Shown piece after piece: positions 44,584-56,100 of a stretch of 64,000 nt of DNA. Under the pieces are notes generated by a model. That model worked only from the letters and a program-made list of their open reading frames with translations. It was not told where the DNA came from and searched no databases. This DNA is from a virus (lineage: Duplodnaviria > Caudoviricetes): IMG/VR virus record IMGVR_UViG_3300017987_005501. One strand, 5' to 3'. Both the position numbers and the translations under genes were made by a program. Each line of letters begins with the position of its first letter. Position 1 is the first letter of the stretch.

Positions 44584-45288
44584 ATGTTAAAGCAAGCAAT
44601 AGATAGTATAGTATTAAACCATTTAAAATTCGTGCTTGGGTACCGCCAGGTTAGAAGCGATAAGAAGATTGAAGTTTTCAGGGCGATTTCCTACGATAAA
44701 CTTTATTCAGTCCTTAAAAATAAAAGGATTGTAGAAAGAAACGTCGCGAAAGGAATTCAAGAAGTTATAGATAACATTAAAAGTAAAATTGATGATTATC
44801 TTCCAGATTTTAAGTATAGCCTTGAAAAAGACCCCTGGTCACATTCCATTCTTTTTACTTTTACGTTAACTCCAAAATTACTTTTGGAATATGATCATGG
44901 GGAGTTAATTAAGTATTTCACAATTATCAACCTCGAGCTTGACGAAATTAGGGAGAAAATTTATCGCTTATTTAAGCAATTAAATCGTATTTCCCGAAAT
45001 AAAGAAAAAGTAATTAAGATTCTTAAGGATTATGGCTTTAAAAAGGTTTTTGATGAGTTTGATTCAATCTTCTCAAAGCGTCTAACCCTGAAAGGGTTCC
45101 TTTCCGAATCTGATATCTTAGAAGATTTTATTAAGAATTACGAAAATTTGGCGTTAAAAACTGAAAGAACTAGGGACTACCTAACCGTAGATATTAAAGT
45201 AACTGGGTATGAGCTGCCAGATGAGCTAGAACATTTCTTGCGGATCATTGACCAGTATTTTGAAGAATACAGAGGCGGAGTAAAATAA
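44584..45288 (+). CDS. Hypothetical protein
   Basis: 234-aa ORF at the head of an operon. Confidence 0.65.
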   Translation: MLKQAIDSIVLNHLKFVLGYRQVRSDKKIEVFRAISYDKLYSVLKNKRIVERNVAKGIQEVIDNIKSKIDDYLPDFKYSLEKDPWSHSILFTFTLTPKLLLEYDHGELIKYFTIINLELDEIREKIYRLFKQLNRISRNKEKVIKILKDYGFKKVFDEFDSIFSKRLTLKGFLSESDILEDFIKNYENLALKTERTRDYLTVDIKVTGYELPDELEHFLRIIDQYFEEYRGGVK

Positions 45289-45582
45289 GTGATCATAGCC
45301 CGTAAATTCCGCGTGAGAGTTGGCAACGACCCAAATGCGTATTATTTTACAATTGCTCAGGACGAATGGGGACATTTATCTGTTACAGAGATTGTAACCC
45401 CCCATGGACCTATGAAGTATTGTTTACCTTTGCCACAGAATGTTGTAACTGCAATGTGTGATGCTATGGCAATTGTTGAATCTGGGGCAGGATGTATTGA
45501 CCCTATCAATGGAAGCACTGGAGTTACAGGAGTAACAAGCGTAACCGGAAACCAAGGATGTTCAGGTTTCACTTTCTTGTAA
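45289..45582 (+). CDS. Hypothetical protein, possible virion protein
   Basis: GTG start abutting the previous stop; G/T/V-rich. Confidence 0.55.
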   Translation: MIIARKFRVRVGNDPNAYYFTIAQDEWGHLSVTEIVTPHGPMKYCLPLPQNVVTAMCDAMAIVESGAGCIDPINGSTGVTGVTSVTGNQGCSGFTFL

Positions 45583-45594
45583 AGGTACTAGATA

Positions 45595-45822
45595 ATGTGT
45601 AATATTAATAGAATTCCATTAAAACCAACAGAAGTTAAAGGGGAAATTCTTGGAAACCCCGACACTATTGAAATTATTCAGGTAAACTCCTTATATGCTT
45701 CCCAAATGTCCTTGCCTGTCTCATCTGGCGCATCTGGGACTTATCTATTGGCATCTAGTTGTAGCCTATTCGCAACAAACCCAGGCTTTTTAATGAATGT
45801 GACTCAAAGATTTAGATTCTAA
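45595..45822 (+). CDS. Hypothetical protein, possible virion protein
   Basis: Fills the operon gap. Confidence 0.5.
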   Translation: MCNINRIPLKPTEVKGEILGNPDTIEIIQVNSLYASQMSLPVSSGASGTYLLASSCSLFATNPGFLMNVTQRFRF

Positions 45823-45823
45823 A

Positions 45824-46879
45824 ATGAGAGTTTTCTTTTATCGGGAAAGCGTGAACGCATGTAGCTATTACCGATGTATTTTACCTCATAAATATTTAAG
45901 TCGGGATCCTGAAATAACTAGCAAAATATCGGACTCTTTAACCGAACAGGATATAGAAGAGTCCGATATTTTTATTTTTCAGAAGAAACACTCCAGCAAC
46001 GACTTCGCTCTTCTTAATAAAATTAAAGCCTTTGGGAAAAAAATCGTTTACGAAATCGATGATAATATTTTCGATGTTCCAATTTGGAATCCAAGCTATG
46101 CCGCCATTAACCAAATAAAAGCAAAAATTAAATATTTTATTGAAAAAGTAGATCTAGTTACGGTAACGTGCAAACATTTAAGGAAAGAGCTTTTAAGATT
46201 CAATAAAAATATTGCAGTTCTTCCTAATTCTTTAGACTTTGAAAAAATTGATAGGGGCGAAACTATAAAGCCCCAAATTCTTAATAAAAATCTCCAGCAG
46301 GTTGATTGGGAAGAATTGAAAGGTAAACTCAAGGGAAAAATTATTATTGGTTGGTCTGGGTCCCCAACACACAAGGAAGACTTAAAAATAGTAACAAAAC
46401 CTTTACTCCGGCTTCTATCTCAAAATAAAAATATTGTGCTTTTTATGGTTTTAGGGGCTATTAAGGAACTAGTCATAAGAAGCCCAGAAGACCAAATTTT
46501 CTGTGTTGGAGCAGTAAAATTAGAAGACTACTACGCACTACTCCGTACCTTAAATTGGGACATTGGATTAGCTCCTTTGGATTTTTCAAATTTTAATAAT
46601 TCGAAAAGTAATTTAAAGATCTTGGAATATATGAGTCTTGGAATTATCCCAGTCGCAACGAAAATAGAAAATTACGCAAATACTCTGGAAATTCGGTTTA
46701 ATAATCTACTAATTAATGCTAATAATAAGTCCCTCTGGTTTGATAAAATTAATGAATTAAGCCAGTCTAATTTAACTGTTTTGAGGGATAAAGTAATATC
46801 GTTTACAAAAGAAAATTACGACATTAAAAACAATATAGAACTCTGGAAAAGTACATATAGAAAACTCTTGGAAAGTTAA
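45824..46879 (+). CDS. GT-B fold glycosyltransferase
   Basis: SYYRCILP, IVYEIDDNIF, VTVTC..L, VLPNSLD, IGWSGSPTH..DL, DIGLAPL...NNSKSNLKILEY. Confidence 0.87.
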   Translation: MRVFFYRESVNACSYYRCILPHKYLSRDPEITSKISDSLTEQDIEESDIFIFQKKHSSNDFALLNKIKAFGKKIVYEIDDNIFDVPIWNPSYAAINQIKAKIKYFIEKVDLVTVTCKHLRKELLRFNKNIAVLPNSLDFEKIDRGETIKPQILNKNLQQVDWEELKGKLKGKIIIGWSGSPTHKEDLKIVTKPLLRLLSQNKNIVLFMVLGAIKELVIRSPEDQIFCVGAVKLEDYYALLRTLNWDIGLAPLDFSNFNNSKSNLKILEYMSLGIIPVATKIENYANTLEIRFNNLLINANNKSLWFDKINELSQSNLTVLRDKVISFTKENYDIKNNIELWKSTYRKLLES

Positions 46880-46881
46880 TT

Positions 46882-49137
46882 ATGGAAACAGAAATTCGTA
46901 AATTACAAAGAATCGCTAATAAAATTGCGTCCTATATAAAAAGAAGTGCGAAATCTTATATAGAAGGAGCAACAACGGCAGAGGCCAGATTTTACGATGC
47001 TCTTTTATTTAAGGTTTGGTACCTCTTATATACCAAGAAAGACCCAAAAAGAGCAGCCGACCAAAACTTTATCGCGGATGCCTTAAGAGCTTTTCGCTTT
47101 AATGGCATCCCCTCTAGGGAAGGGATTGTTGATGTTGGAGAAAGCTTTCAGGATATTCCAAGAGCTGGGGCAGGCCTAGAAGATAAGTTACATATGATTT
47201 ATAGTCTTGCAGAACAAGAAGAAGAGGATACGGAAGAGGATACGGAAGAGGAAAAGGAAAGGCTTCTAAAGGAAAGGGAAGCAGAAAAGCAACATAGGGA
47301 AAAAGAGTTAGCAGCGTTAATGGAAGCTTCCGACGAAGAAAATATTGAAGCGATGTACGATTTCCTTGATAATGATGAAGAGGATAGGGACGAAGAGGAT
47401 AGGGACGACGATGACGAGGAGGAGGACGAAGAGGAAGACGAGCACCTTGAAGAGGAGGAAGAAGAAAAGAAAAGCGAAGTAGGATACTACTACGAAGGAG
47501 AGAATGCGGAAGAAGAAAAGAAGGATGGGGATGGCCCTAAAAGACAATTTGCAGTTGGAAAAGAAAGAAGATTTTTCTTTGGGGAACCCCATGGATTTGA
47601 CTTAAAATCAGGGGCCACAACTTCCCCTAAAGATATTGTTAAGGAAGTATTATCTTCTAAGTTTGTTGAAGACGGTGGTCTTTTTGAACATGTTTCTCCT
47701 TCCGGGGATATTTACTCGAATTTATTAGCTTTAACCTATAGTTACTTAAAAAGATACAATTGCTGGCCCCTAGGAATGACCCTTCAAGATATGGCGAGTT
47801 ATGTTCTCGATACCTTAATCTATACGACTGCATTAAAGAATTTTGAACCAGTTAAATCCTCTTCTGGTTTTATTCGTGAAGATATTGAAGAGGCATTAGA
47901 GCATTTTAGGAAGGAAGTTGAAACGGTTGGCTTGGAGCAGGCTATTAATAACACTTCCCCCGCACAGCTGGAAAAAATTAACGTTGGTTCAATAGAAGAT
48001 ATTTCAGAGGGGGAATTAGGAGAATTAATTCCCCGAGAATGGATAACGGGATCAGCAGGAATAAACTATGTTGGGCAATATTTAAGCACTTTAGTTAATA
48101 ATGCTGTGAGAAGGGAAAGACAACTAAGGAAAAAAGAGACAGAGGGACAACAATCTATTGTACCCTCCCAGAAAGATATGGAAGAGCTACGGCCTGGAGA
48201 GGTACAAGAAAGCCAACTTGCGGGGAAAGGCGAGTTAGAGCCCGAAACAATTAAAAACGAAGACCAAGCATTTAAGGTGATCCTAAATCTTTTAGGTAAC
48301 GAAACTGTTAAATCATACCTTTCTACCCTATCCGGGTTAGATAAAATTATTAAAGAAGACGGGGAGGAGGAGGAATTCAGCTGTTTAGCCCGAATTAAGC
48401 ACTTCCTTAGGGCATCGACCCGGTCAGAAGACTTATTAACTAAAAAATTAGAAGCTTTTGCTGCTTTATATCAACCCATGATTTTGGAAGTTATAAAAAA
48501 TGGCTATAATAGAAATGATCTTCCCCTTGTTACGGAGGAGCAACGAATTGGGGATACCTATTGGAAAAAATTAATTAGAAAGATGAATAACCCATTAGCA
48601 ACTTTATCGGTCTTAACAGAACATAAGGATAAAGCGCGAGTTGTTTATCTTAAAATGCTTTATGATTTAATAGAGAAACTAATTCCCGAAGGACTAACCT
48701 GGAAAAAGCTCCAACGAGAATTAATAAGGGCACGACATAGAGGCGACGATGTAAGAGCAAAAGAACTAGAAGAAGAAATTGAAAAAAGAAGAAAAAATGA
48801 TAAGCTGTTTAAGGTAGAAGTAACAGAAAAAGGAAAAAAATTAATTCCTGCCCTATCAAAAGAGGAACAAAAAGTAATCGAGGAAAATCTTCATTTCACT
48901 GACACCGCGAAAGATTTAGTAAGGTTATTTGATTCGGGATCTTTGAAAGGTAAGATAAAACAACCTCTAGTACGAATTATGTCTGCCTTAGCGAATGCCG
49001 CGGATAAAGAGAGTGAAAACTATAATGAGAAAATAGCAAATATGATTTCACCGGAGATTAAAAATTTCCTTATAACTTTTAGGGATAATCCTGCTTTACA
49101 AAAAAGTTTTTTGGATCCGAAAGAATTAAGGAAGTAA
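46882..49137 (+). CDS. Large hypothetical protein with acidic tract (probable internal head protein)
   Basis: 751 aa; N-terminal RIANKIAS; long D/E run. Confidence 0.65.
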   Translation: METEIRKLQRIANKIASYIKRSAKSYIEGATTAEARFYDALLFKVWYLLYTKKDPKRAADQNFIADALRAFRFNGIPSREGIVDVGESFQDIPRAGAGLEDKLHMIYSLAEQEEEDTEEDTEEEKERLLKEREAEKQHREKELAALMEASDEENIEAMYDFLDNDEEDRDEEDRDDDDEEEDEEEDEHLEEEEEEKKSEVGYYYEGENAEEEKKDGDGPKRQFAVGKERRFFFGEPHGFDLKSGATTSPKDIVKEVLSSKFVEDGGLFEHVSPSGDIYSNLLALTYSYLKRYNCWPLGMTLQDMASYVLDTLIYTTALKNFEPVKSSSGFIREDIEEALEHFRKEVETVGLEQAINNTSPAQLEKINVGSIEDISEGELGELIPREWITGSAGINYVGQYLSTLVNNAVRRERQLRKKETEGQQSIVPSQKDMEELRPGEVQESQLAGKGELEPETIKNEDQAFKVILNLLGNETVKSYLSTLSGLDKIIKEDGEEEEFSCLARIKHFLRASTRSEDLLTKKLEAFAALYQPMILEVIKNGYNRNDLPLVTEEQRIGDTYWKKLIRKMNNPLATLSVLTEHKDKARVVYLKMLYDLIEKLIPEGLTWKKLQRELIRARHRGDDVRAKELEEEIEKRRKNDKLFKVEVTEKGKKLIPALSKEEQKVIEENLHFTDTAKDLVRLFDSGSLKGKIKQPLVRIMSALANAADKESENYNEKIANMISPEIKNFLITFRDNPALQKSFLDPKELRK

Positions 49138-49205
49138 TACCTCGTATTATAATTAAGTAGAGTGTATCTATATATAGAAAATATCCATATAAAAAGGAGA
49201 TTAGA

Positions 49206-49556
49206 ATGACAGAAGAAAAGAATGAAACTCAACTAAGCGAAGAGGAACAAAAAGCTTTACGGATCGCAAAAAGATTTATTGAAGAAGAGGATCTCGCTTT
49301 TCTTCAAGAATTAGACAGGAAGGTCCAGGAAGGGCTTCTCCAGGTAGGTGCCTTGGAAGACCAAAAAATGATGGTTCTTGGTGCCGTCCAAAAATTAAGG
49401 GAAGACCGGGACGGAAAAGTTAAGCAAATGGAAATTAAATACAATATTCCAGAAGGAGCAAGATGGAATATTGATGGCCGCGAGAAAAAGATCGTTTTCT
49501 TAAATGAGAATAACGAAGTCATAGACGGGCCAGCACAAGAGGAGAAAAAAGAATAA
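49206..49556 (+). CDS. Hypothetical coiled-coil protein
   Basis: AAGGAG RBS. Confidence 0.65.
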   Translation: MTEEKNETQLSEEEQKALRIAKRFIEEEDLAFLQELDRKVQEGLLQVGALEDQKMMVLGAVQKLREDRDGKVKQMEIKYNIPEGARWNIDGREKKIVFLNENNEVIDGPAQEEKKE

Positions 49557-49567
49557 GAAAGTAGCCT

Positions 49568-51016
49568 ATGGGCTTTACAATGCCCCGGAGGGAAAAGGTC
49601 ATCTGGCCTGATATTCCCAATGGTTATCCGCATCCACCTCGTAACGTTATTATAACATCTCCTTATACCGAGGGAGCTCTCGATATAAGATGGGATAACC
49701 CTGCCCATATTCCAGAGAATGTGGGCACATTCTTTTTAAATATCTTTGGCGTAAATATTTATAGATCAAGGGAAAGTCAATTTGGCCCTTGGGAAAAAAT
49801 TAATGATGCTCCGGTAGGAGCTTTGACCTTTAGAGATGAAACCCAACATCAATTGGTTTTAAATGAAGATGTTACTGGGATGTTTATTTCTAAGGATAAC
49901 CAAACAGATACAGAGAACGACCCGAACCAAACATTAACATTCACTGTAAAAAATCCTCCAATAACCCAACCAAACCCAAGAGCTAACGAAGTAAGCGATT
50001 ATTCCCAAGTAAAAGTAACTTTCACTGATAGTTCCGGGGAGGTCAAGGAGGCCGTTGTTGGTAACATTGATTGGTTGACCGGTAGGATTTCTCTTGTAAC
50101 TAAAGCATACCTTGATGCGATATCCCTAAGAATGGTCGAGCCAAACATTCCTGACCTTAATAACCCGGCAACAAGGGTTTATTGCACATATTATAGATTA
50201 GAAAACTTTGTGGATACAACCTTAGATAGAAGAACCCATTATAAACTAACAACAGTTGCTGAAGATAAAAAAGGCAATTTTGTAGAAACTCCCATCGAGT
50301 ATGCAATTGCAGAAGACTCGCTACAATTTGAAAAACTAGATTATATGTGGAGGGAAGCAACAAGAAGAAATAAATGGATTCTAGAGCAAGGTGGGGAACG
50401 GGTCAAAGTTATGGTCCGAAAATGGATTGGAGAGCCTTGTAAATGTGAAAGTGGGAACCCACATTCAGAAGTAAATAACTTTCCGCGCCATAAATGTAAA
50501 GTTTGTTTTGGGACTGGCGTTATTGGAGGGTATGAGGGGCCGTTCGATCTATTAATTCCCCCTCCAGATACAGAAAGACAAATAAATCCAACCGAAAGAG
50601 GATTGAGATTAATTTATACTTATGAATGTTGGACCGGCCCAACGCCAAGACTTACGGAAAGGGATATTCTAATTAAACCTAATGGAGAAAGATATATTTT
50701 AGGTCCAGTATCCCCTGTAGTTGTTCGCGGAGTGATGATCCAACAAAGTTTTTCTGTCCAATATGTTGAGGTGGACGATATTATTTATAAAGTCCCACTA
50801 GGCGGAAAAATTCAACACCCAGTCGCAAAGAAACAAGAAGACAAACTTAAAGTTTTAGATACTTCCGCAAATCCAGACGCAATTCCAGACCCACAAATAG
50901 GGAAGAAAGCTTTCAGGCCAAGCGAGCTCTCCCCTTATATCTCGGATCATTGTAGAAAACCACCCTCTTTAGAACAAAAGGGTAGGACTAAGACTTGGGA
51001 AAATATTACCTACTAA
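49568..51016 (+). CDS. Probable neck/head-closure virion protein (FN3-like N-terminus, CxC...CxxCxGTG zinc finger)
   Basis: PPRNV...IRWDNP...GVNIYRS...WEKIN; RKWIGEPCKC...CKVCFGTGVIGGYEGP. Confidence 0.55.
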   Translation: MGFTMPRREKVIWPDIPNGYPHPPRNVIITSPYTEGALDIRWDNPAHIPENVGTFFLNIFGVNIYRSRESQFGPWEKINDAPVGALTFRDETQHQLVLNEDVTGMFISKDNQTDTENDPNQTLTFTVKNPPITQPNPRANEVSDYSQVKVTFTDSSGEVKEAVVGNIDWLTGRISLVTKAYLDAISLRMVEPNIPDLNNPATRVYCTYYRLENFVDTTLDRRTHYKLTTVAEDKKGNFVETPIEYAIAEDSLQFEKLDYMWREATRRNKWILEQGGERVKVMVRKWIGEPCKCESGNPHSEVNNFPRHKCKVCFGTGVIGGYEGPFDLLIPPPDTERQINPTERGLRLIYTYECWTGPTPRLTERDILIKPNGERYILGPVSPVVVRGVMIQQSFSVQYVEVDDIIYKVPLGGKIQHPVAKKQEDKLKVLDTSANPDAIPDPQIGKKAFRPSELSPYISDHCRKPPSLEQKGRTKTWENITY

Positions 51017-53133
51017 ACGTTCCAATTGCTTCCAACATTCCAAGCCGCGCCTTGGTTTAGGTTATAACCATTCTTGTAAAGAATTCCCGTAAGAGAGCAA
51101 TTATTATTTCCAGCGAAGTTAAAAAGTGTATATGTTGGAGCGACAGGTCCGTCTATGCTAAAATTAGAGAATGCTAAAAATTGGTTATTGGCATTTCCAA
51201 CTGCAATAGGATGGTCAGAAAGATCCCAGGTAGTTACGTTAGAGATTGTACCCCGCAAACATGTGTTAAACTCAAAATCAGCCCAACCTTTGTTAGCACT
51301 AGTAATATTAGTTATTGTAAAAGGATTTGCTCCAGTTAAAGCGAATCCAATATGAACAGTATCAAGTTGAATATTCGCAATATTAAGGTTACGGATAGGA
51401 TCAGAGTTTCTAAATACAAGAGGTGCGTTAAAAAAGAAGCTATCGGTTAAAGAGAAGTTATCCCCTCCTAGAATTTCAATAGCTGCCCCAGACGTTACTC
51501 CATTTATAGAAGCATAGATATCCCTAATTTGAATTCCCTCATGGGTAAAAGCGGGGTCTCCTCCCTGGAGAAGAACTCTAGTTAATTTATTTGCGCTTGA
51601 GCCCCAATCCCCCTTAGTTCTAATATTTTCTATTTTTAGGTTTCGCAGAATATTTGAATCATCGTTAACAAAACTAGCAAGAACCCCACTATCGCTCCCC
51701 GCGTATGATGGGAAAACGCTGCGGGAACAATTATCAATTAAAACATTCTTAATAGTAATCTCTTCAATATTATTGGTATCCCCTACAGTATCATAGCTAA
51801 CCAAAAACTGTAGGTATTCCATCTCAATAGAGTCAAATTCTAGATTACTAATCGGGGTAGCTGCTATATTAAAGCCCCCTTGGGCATTTAGTCCCGTATT
51901 ATCATAGCTAGTCCCAATAAATTTACAATTAAAGAACTTCCAGTCCTCAATACTAGCAGTATTAAACGCACCGACATGAGATCCTCCCGCCACGGAAGCT
52001 TTTGGAACGCATGTTAGGTCCTCTACATAACCATGAGAGGAGTTAATATCAAAACCGTCTTGCCCAAAAGTTCCAACTTCTATTTCAAGTTGCTTAAAGG
52101 AACTGTATTCCCCGGAAACTTTAATGGTCCCAGTGACATATAAGTCTTTGAAAATATTATAATCCCCAGAAAGGTCTATCTTTGTTGGATGAGCTTGTGT
52201 TGCAAGAGCACATTTAATATCTTCACATATATTCCGATTACCTGTAACCTCTAAAATAGTTCCAATGGAATTAACTTCATCAATATTTTTAATAAAGTTT
52301 CCATTCCCTGCAACTAGAAGAGCCGTATTACTGCCAGAAAGATCAAACATGCAATTATTAACTTCACAATTATCGGAATTAATTTGAATTCCATAACCAC
52401 CAGAGGCTAATCCAACAGTAATTCCCATTATAACAGAACCACTAGAGCCCAAACCAAAGGTTATTGGAGCATTATTGCTCACAATATTATAATTTTTAGA
52501 CCCCATAATATAGACAGGGTCAGAAAAAGTTATTGATCCCTCAACAATATTTCCAACAACCGCAAAATGTCTGTGTCCTGAATTATAGGCAGAAGATAAT
52601 GTCGGGAAGAAAGCCCCAGACCCAACCTCTGCAAATCCCATTATGCTACCACTTGCAGTAAGCCCTTTAGACCCAACGTATCTATAGAAACTAATCTTCG
52701 CTGGTGGGGTTTTTCCGCTTGGGAAACCATCGTAAAAAGTTAATACTCCCCCTTCGGGGTCTAAAACCCAATCCCCTTCTCCAAAAGCAATTGAAGCCCC
52801 AAGGTTATCTGTCACCTGATAGTTATATGAGCCATCCCCAAAGTTAAAAGGGATCGCATCCTGAAGATCCGCATGATAAAAAGATCCATTAGAGGTACCA
52901 GCTACAGCAGACAACGTAAGACCTGACTTAAACTGGACCACTCCAGAAACTGCGTCAGGGGCTAGGGTAGGCGCGGTAGATGGAATTTGGTCGCTTTGAG
53001 CCCAAATCTGAGCTGTATAGACAGCATTTCTGCTATTTATAGGCTCTTCAAAGAAGGCCCTTGAATCAGCAGTGCTTGATTTACCTAAGAATCTTTTAAA
53101 TAAAATATTTGATCTTTCGTCGGATGATACCAT
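51013..53133 (-). CDS. Tail spike/virion protein with right-handed beta-helix (pectin lyase-like)
   Basis: N/I/G-rich parallel beta-helix repeats after residue ~170. Confidence 0.65.
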   Translation of the reverse strand: MVSSDERSNILFKRFLGKSSTADSRAFFEEPINSRNAVYTAQIWAQSDQIPSTAPTLAPDAVSGVVQFKSGLTLSAVAGTSNGSFYHADLQDAIPFNFGDGSYNYQVTDNLGASIAFGEGDWVLDPEGGVLTFYDGFPSGKTPPAKISFYRYVGSKGLTASGSIMGFAEVGSGAFFPTLSSAYNSGHRHFAVVGNIVEGSITFSDPVYIMGSKNYNIVSNNAPITFGLGSSGSVIMGITVGLASGGYGIQINSDNCEVNNCMFDLSGSNTALLVAGNGNFIKNIDEVNSIGTILEVTGNRNICEDIKCALATQAHPTKIDLSGDYNIFKDLYVTGTIKVSGEYSSFKQLEIEVGTFGQDGFDINSSHGYVEDLTCVPKASVAGGSHVGAFNTASIEDWKFFNCKFIGTSYDNTGLNAQGGFNIAATPISNLEFDSIEMEYLQFLVSYDTVGDTNNIEEITIKNVLIDNCSRSVFPSYAGSDSGVLASFVNDDSNILRNLKIENIRTKGDWGSSANKLTRVLLQGGDPAFTHEGIQIRDIYASINGVTSGAAIEILGGDNFSLTDSFFFNAPLVFRNSDPIRNLNIANIQLDTVHIGFALTGANPFTITNITSANKGWADFEFNTCLRGTISNVTTWDLSDHPIAVGNANNQFLAFSNFSIDGPVAPTYTLFNFAGNNNCSLTGILYKNGYNLNQGAAWNVGSNWNV

Positions 53134-53141
53134 TTTTCACC

Positions 53142-56100
53142 TTATGCTGAAGTTATTGTTACACTTCCAAATCTTATTGTACTACCTTGTTTAATTCCAA
53201 CCCTAACATAAACAGTTCCTGTTTGAGTTGCTGCCCCAAAAGTTATTCTTCTAGAGGTTGTAGTCGAAGCCCCTAGGTCTAATGCGGGGTCACCATTATT
53301 TGTTGGATTTCCAACCCCAGGATAAGCAGAATCCCCATCAACCCACCCTGTTGTTGCTGGCCCATCAACATATAAAGCAAAGTTAGTTAATCCATCTTGT
53401 ATTGTTGGGAAATTGCTTGTATTATTAAAATCAATTCTAATTGCAGTATTAGCAGATGCTGTAAATGTAAATGTTACCCATCTAAAGTTATTAAATGTTC
53501 CTCCCCCGATTGCCGAATAATTTGGTCCTGCAGTTGGAACATTTGAACTATAGTTAACTGCTGGTGGGAATTGATACTGTCCATTTAACATTTGGAGTTC
53601 TTCAGTATATGCCCCGACTAGAGAAGTGGTTGAAACATAGGCACCACCATAACCCCCACCTGGATATTGCCCCGCCCCGGATAAAACTCTTGCGGACTCA
53701 TTACTGTTTGTATCAATTCTAACGTTATTTGTCACATCCGAACTCCCCGAATTCCCCTTAGAGTTATAACCATAACAAGAAATAGAAACATCTTCTGTAT
53801 ACTTACTAGCTTCAACAGTAACAGAAATAGAAGCTATGTGGCTTCCTCCGTAAATATAACCACCCGTTGGGGCTTCGTTTGTATCAGTTGTTTGATCCGA
53901 CTGAGCTCTAGCAATTCTTGTCGCGTTGTAATAAGTGTATATTGCGTTATTAACTGTAAAATCAGCAGTAATTGCTTCTCCGGTATCCATTGTTGGGACG
54001 CCAGAATAATAAGTTGTTCCCGTTCCGCCTGCGGGCGTAATACTTGCTCCCGCAATTGTTGGGGCTTGTGGGTCATCTACCCCGAATGTTAGTTGAGTGC
54101 TACCAGTAACCGAGTGAGTCATCTTGGCAACATGATTTCCAAAGATTAAATTATGTGTCGGCTCTATTTGAGCCCCTAAAGCAAACCAGAAGTTTTCTTT
54201 TCCTGCTACCCCAGAATAATAGTCATAATCTGCTAAAACCAATAAACTATCTGAAGAAACCCCGGTATCGTCTCCAGTTGTCAAAGTTATTGTCCCCGAA
54301 GCAATACTATCAATAAAAGCAGATAAAGTTCCATCAGAAGCATCCCAGAAACCATCCCCTGGAGGGATAAAATCTGTTCCCGTTACAACTGTTGGGGTTT
54401 GATCATCTATAACTGCATTAACTAAAGAATCGTCAGCAGTTAATAGCGCGGAGTAGGAGCCAACAATCTCCATAAGAATATCAGCTAGGTTTGGCGGTTT
54501 GGCAGGAGCAAGTTTTCCTAAAATTAAATCTAATTTATCGAGCGCATCCTCAACCCTATCCCCTTGTTGAAGCCCAGCAATTGACCCAGAAGCCGTCCCA
54601 TAGTGCCCATCGGTGGGTAGCCCAATCTTAAAATCTGACCCAGAAGCAACAATCCTATTAGCTCCAACATATAGAACTGCACCCGAAATCCCAGAAGATA
54701 ACCAAAGGGTATTTCCATTTCCAGGATTTCCTCCTTGTAGAGTTAACTCTAACCCAGTTGGATCAATTAGCCCGTCAACAGTAAGTTTCCCTGGGATGTA
54801 AACCCCACCACCGGAAATAACGAGGGTTGGGTTTGTTATTAAAGCACCAGATGCGGCAAATCTAAACTTTCCATTGGATAAGAAGTCCGGCCCTAAAGCT
54901 CCAGAAGCAGGATTTAAAGGAATATTACCATAATATAATTCTCCCGTTATCTGATTCGCCCAAAGGGTATATGTATTTCCAGGATTTAATGTTTGAGGAT
55001 CAAACTGAAAACCAGTTGGGTCTACTAGCCCATCAACAGTAAGTTTCCCTGGGATATAAATGCCGCCACCCGAAATATAAAGGCTTGCAGAAGCAATAGA
55101 CTTTCCTTCTGGGGCAAATCTAAAAATAGAATCAGACAAGAAATCACTAATTTGTAAGCTACTTCCCGAGGGGAATTCTATGCCTCCGCTAGAAATAAGG
55201 ATATCCCCATTCCCGGTAGTTAAGGTAATGTAGTTATTAACTGTTAGGCCGTAGCGTGCATCAACAATATCCCCTGGTAAGGTGGGAAAAAGAGAGCCAG
55301 AAGCATCCCGATCCCACCAAGAAGCTCCAAGGCCAACATCAAATTTAATCCAAGGGTCGTCGGGGTCTGACCCAATTGTAAAATCTATAGAATTTCCAGC
55401 GATTAAGCGAATCTCTGATTTATTTCCAGTTGGGTTTCCCGTTGCATTTGAAATTTGAGGGAAAGTTAATAATTCAGAAGCCCCAGAAGAATACTCAAAA
55501 CGTAAGCCTAGTTGATTAAGCCTATATCCATCAATGGTTGTTTCTGTTGTAGTATTAATATATTCCGAGGCAAGCAATAAACCTTTTGTGTTTTTAAGAG
55601 TAGCACTTCCATCAGAACCAAAGAGAAGATAATTAGAAGAATCCCTTTTAAGAACAACATAATCAGAAAGTATTAATTCTTTTTCCCCAAGGTTACAAGT
55701 CAAAACGCTAGAGGTAGAGCTAAGGCTTAAAAAGTTTGTGGGGCTAACCCCGAAAAATCCTTGGTCTTGTGCCAAGAGAATATATCTCGACGCGCTATTC
55801 GCTAAAATTGTATAATCGTCATCTAGGAAAAGCCCGTTAAGGTTAAACCTTTTATGATAAAAAGAAGTTTGGTTTGAAGAGAAGCTATAACCTCTTTCTA
55901 GGCTATAACGTAGCAGAGAATCTGTCGCTTGCGAAAACTTAAATCCAAGGTCACCATTAAAAGTACCAGTGAATTCATCCTGGGAAAAAGTTAAAATACT
56001 TCCATTCCTCTTATAGTTTAACCCTACGTCATTAAGAACAAGATAATTATTATCCAGTTCCTTTTGTAGGAGGACATACTCTGGAAGAATATCTAATTTT

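Noticed and set aside
47224-47250. 12-bp tandem duplication (GAGGATACGGAA x2) in the acidic tract
   Set aside because: Ordinary slippage in a low-complexity region; no further structure.
54754-55080. Diversity-generating retroelement TR/VR pair in the fibre gene
   Set aside because: Both copies are in frame within one gene, mismatches are mostly synonymous and not adenine-specific, and no reverse transcriptase is present.
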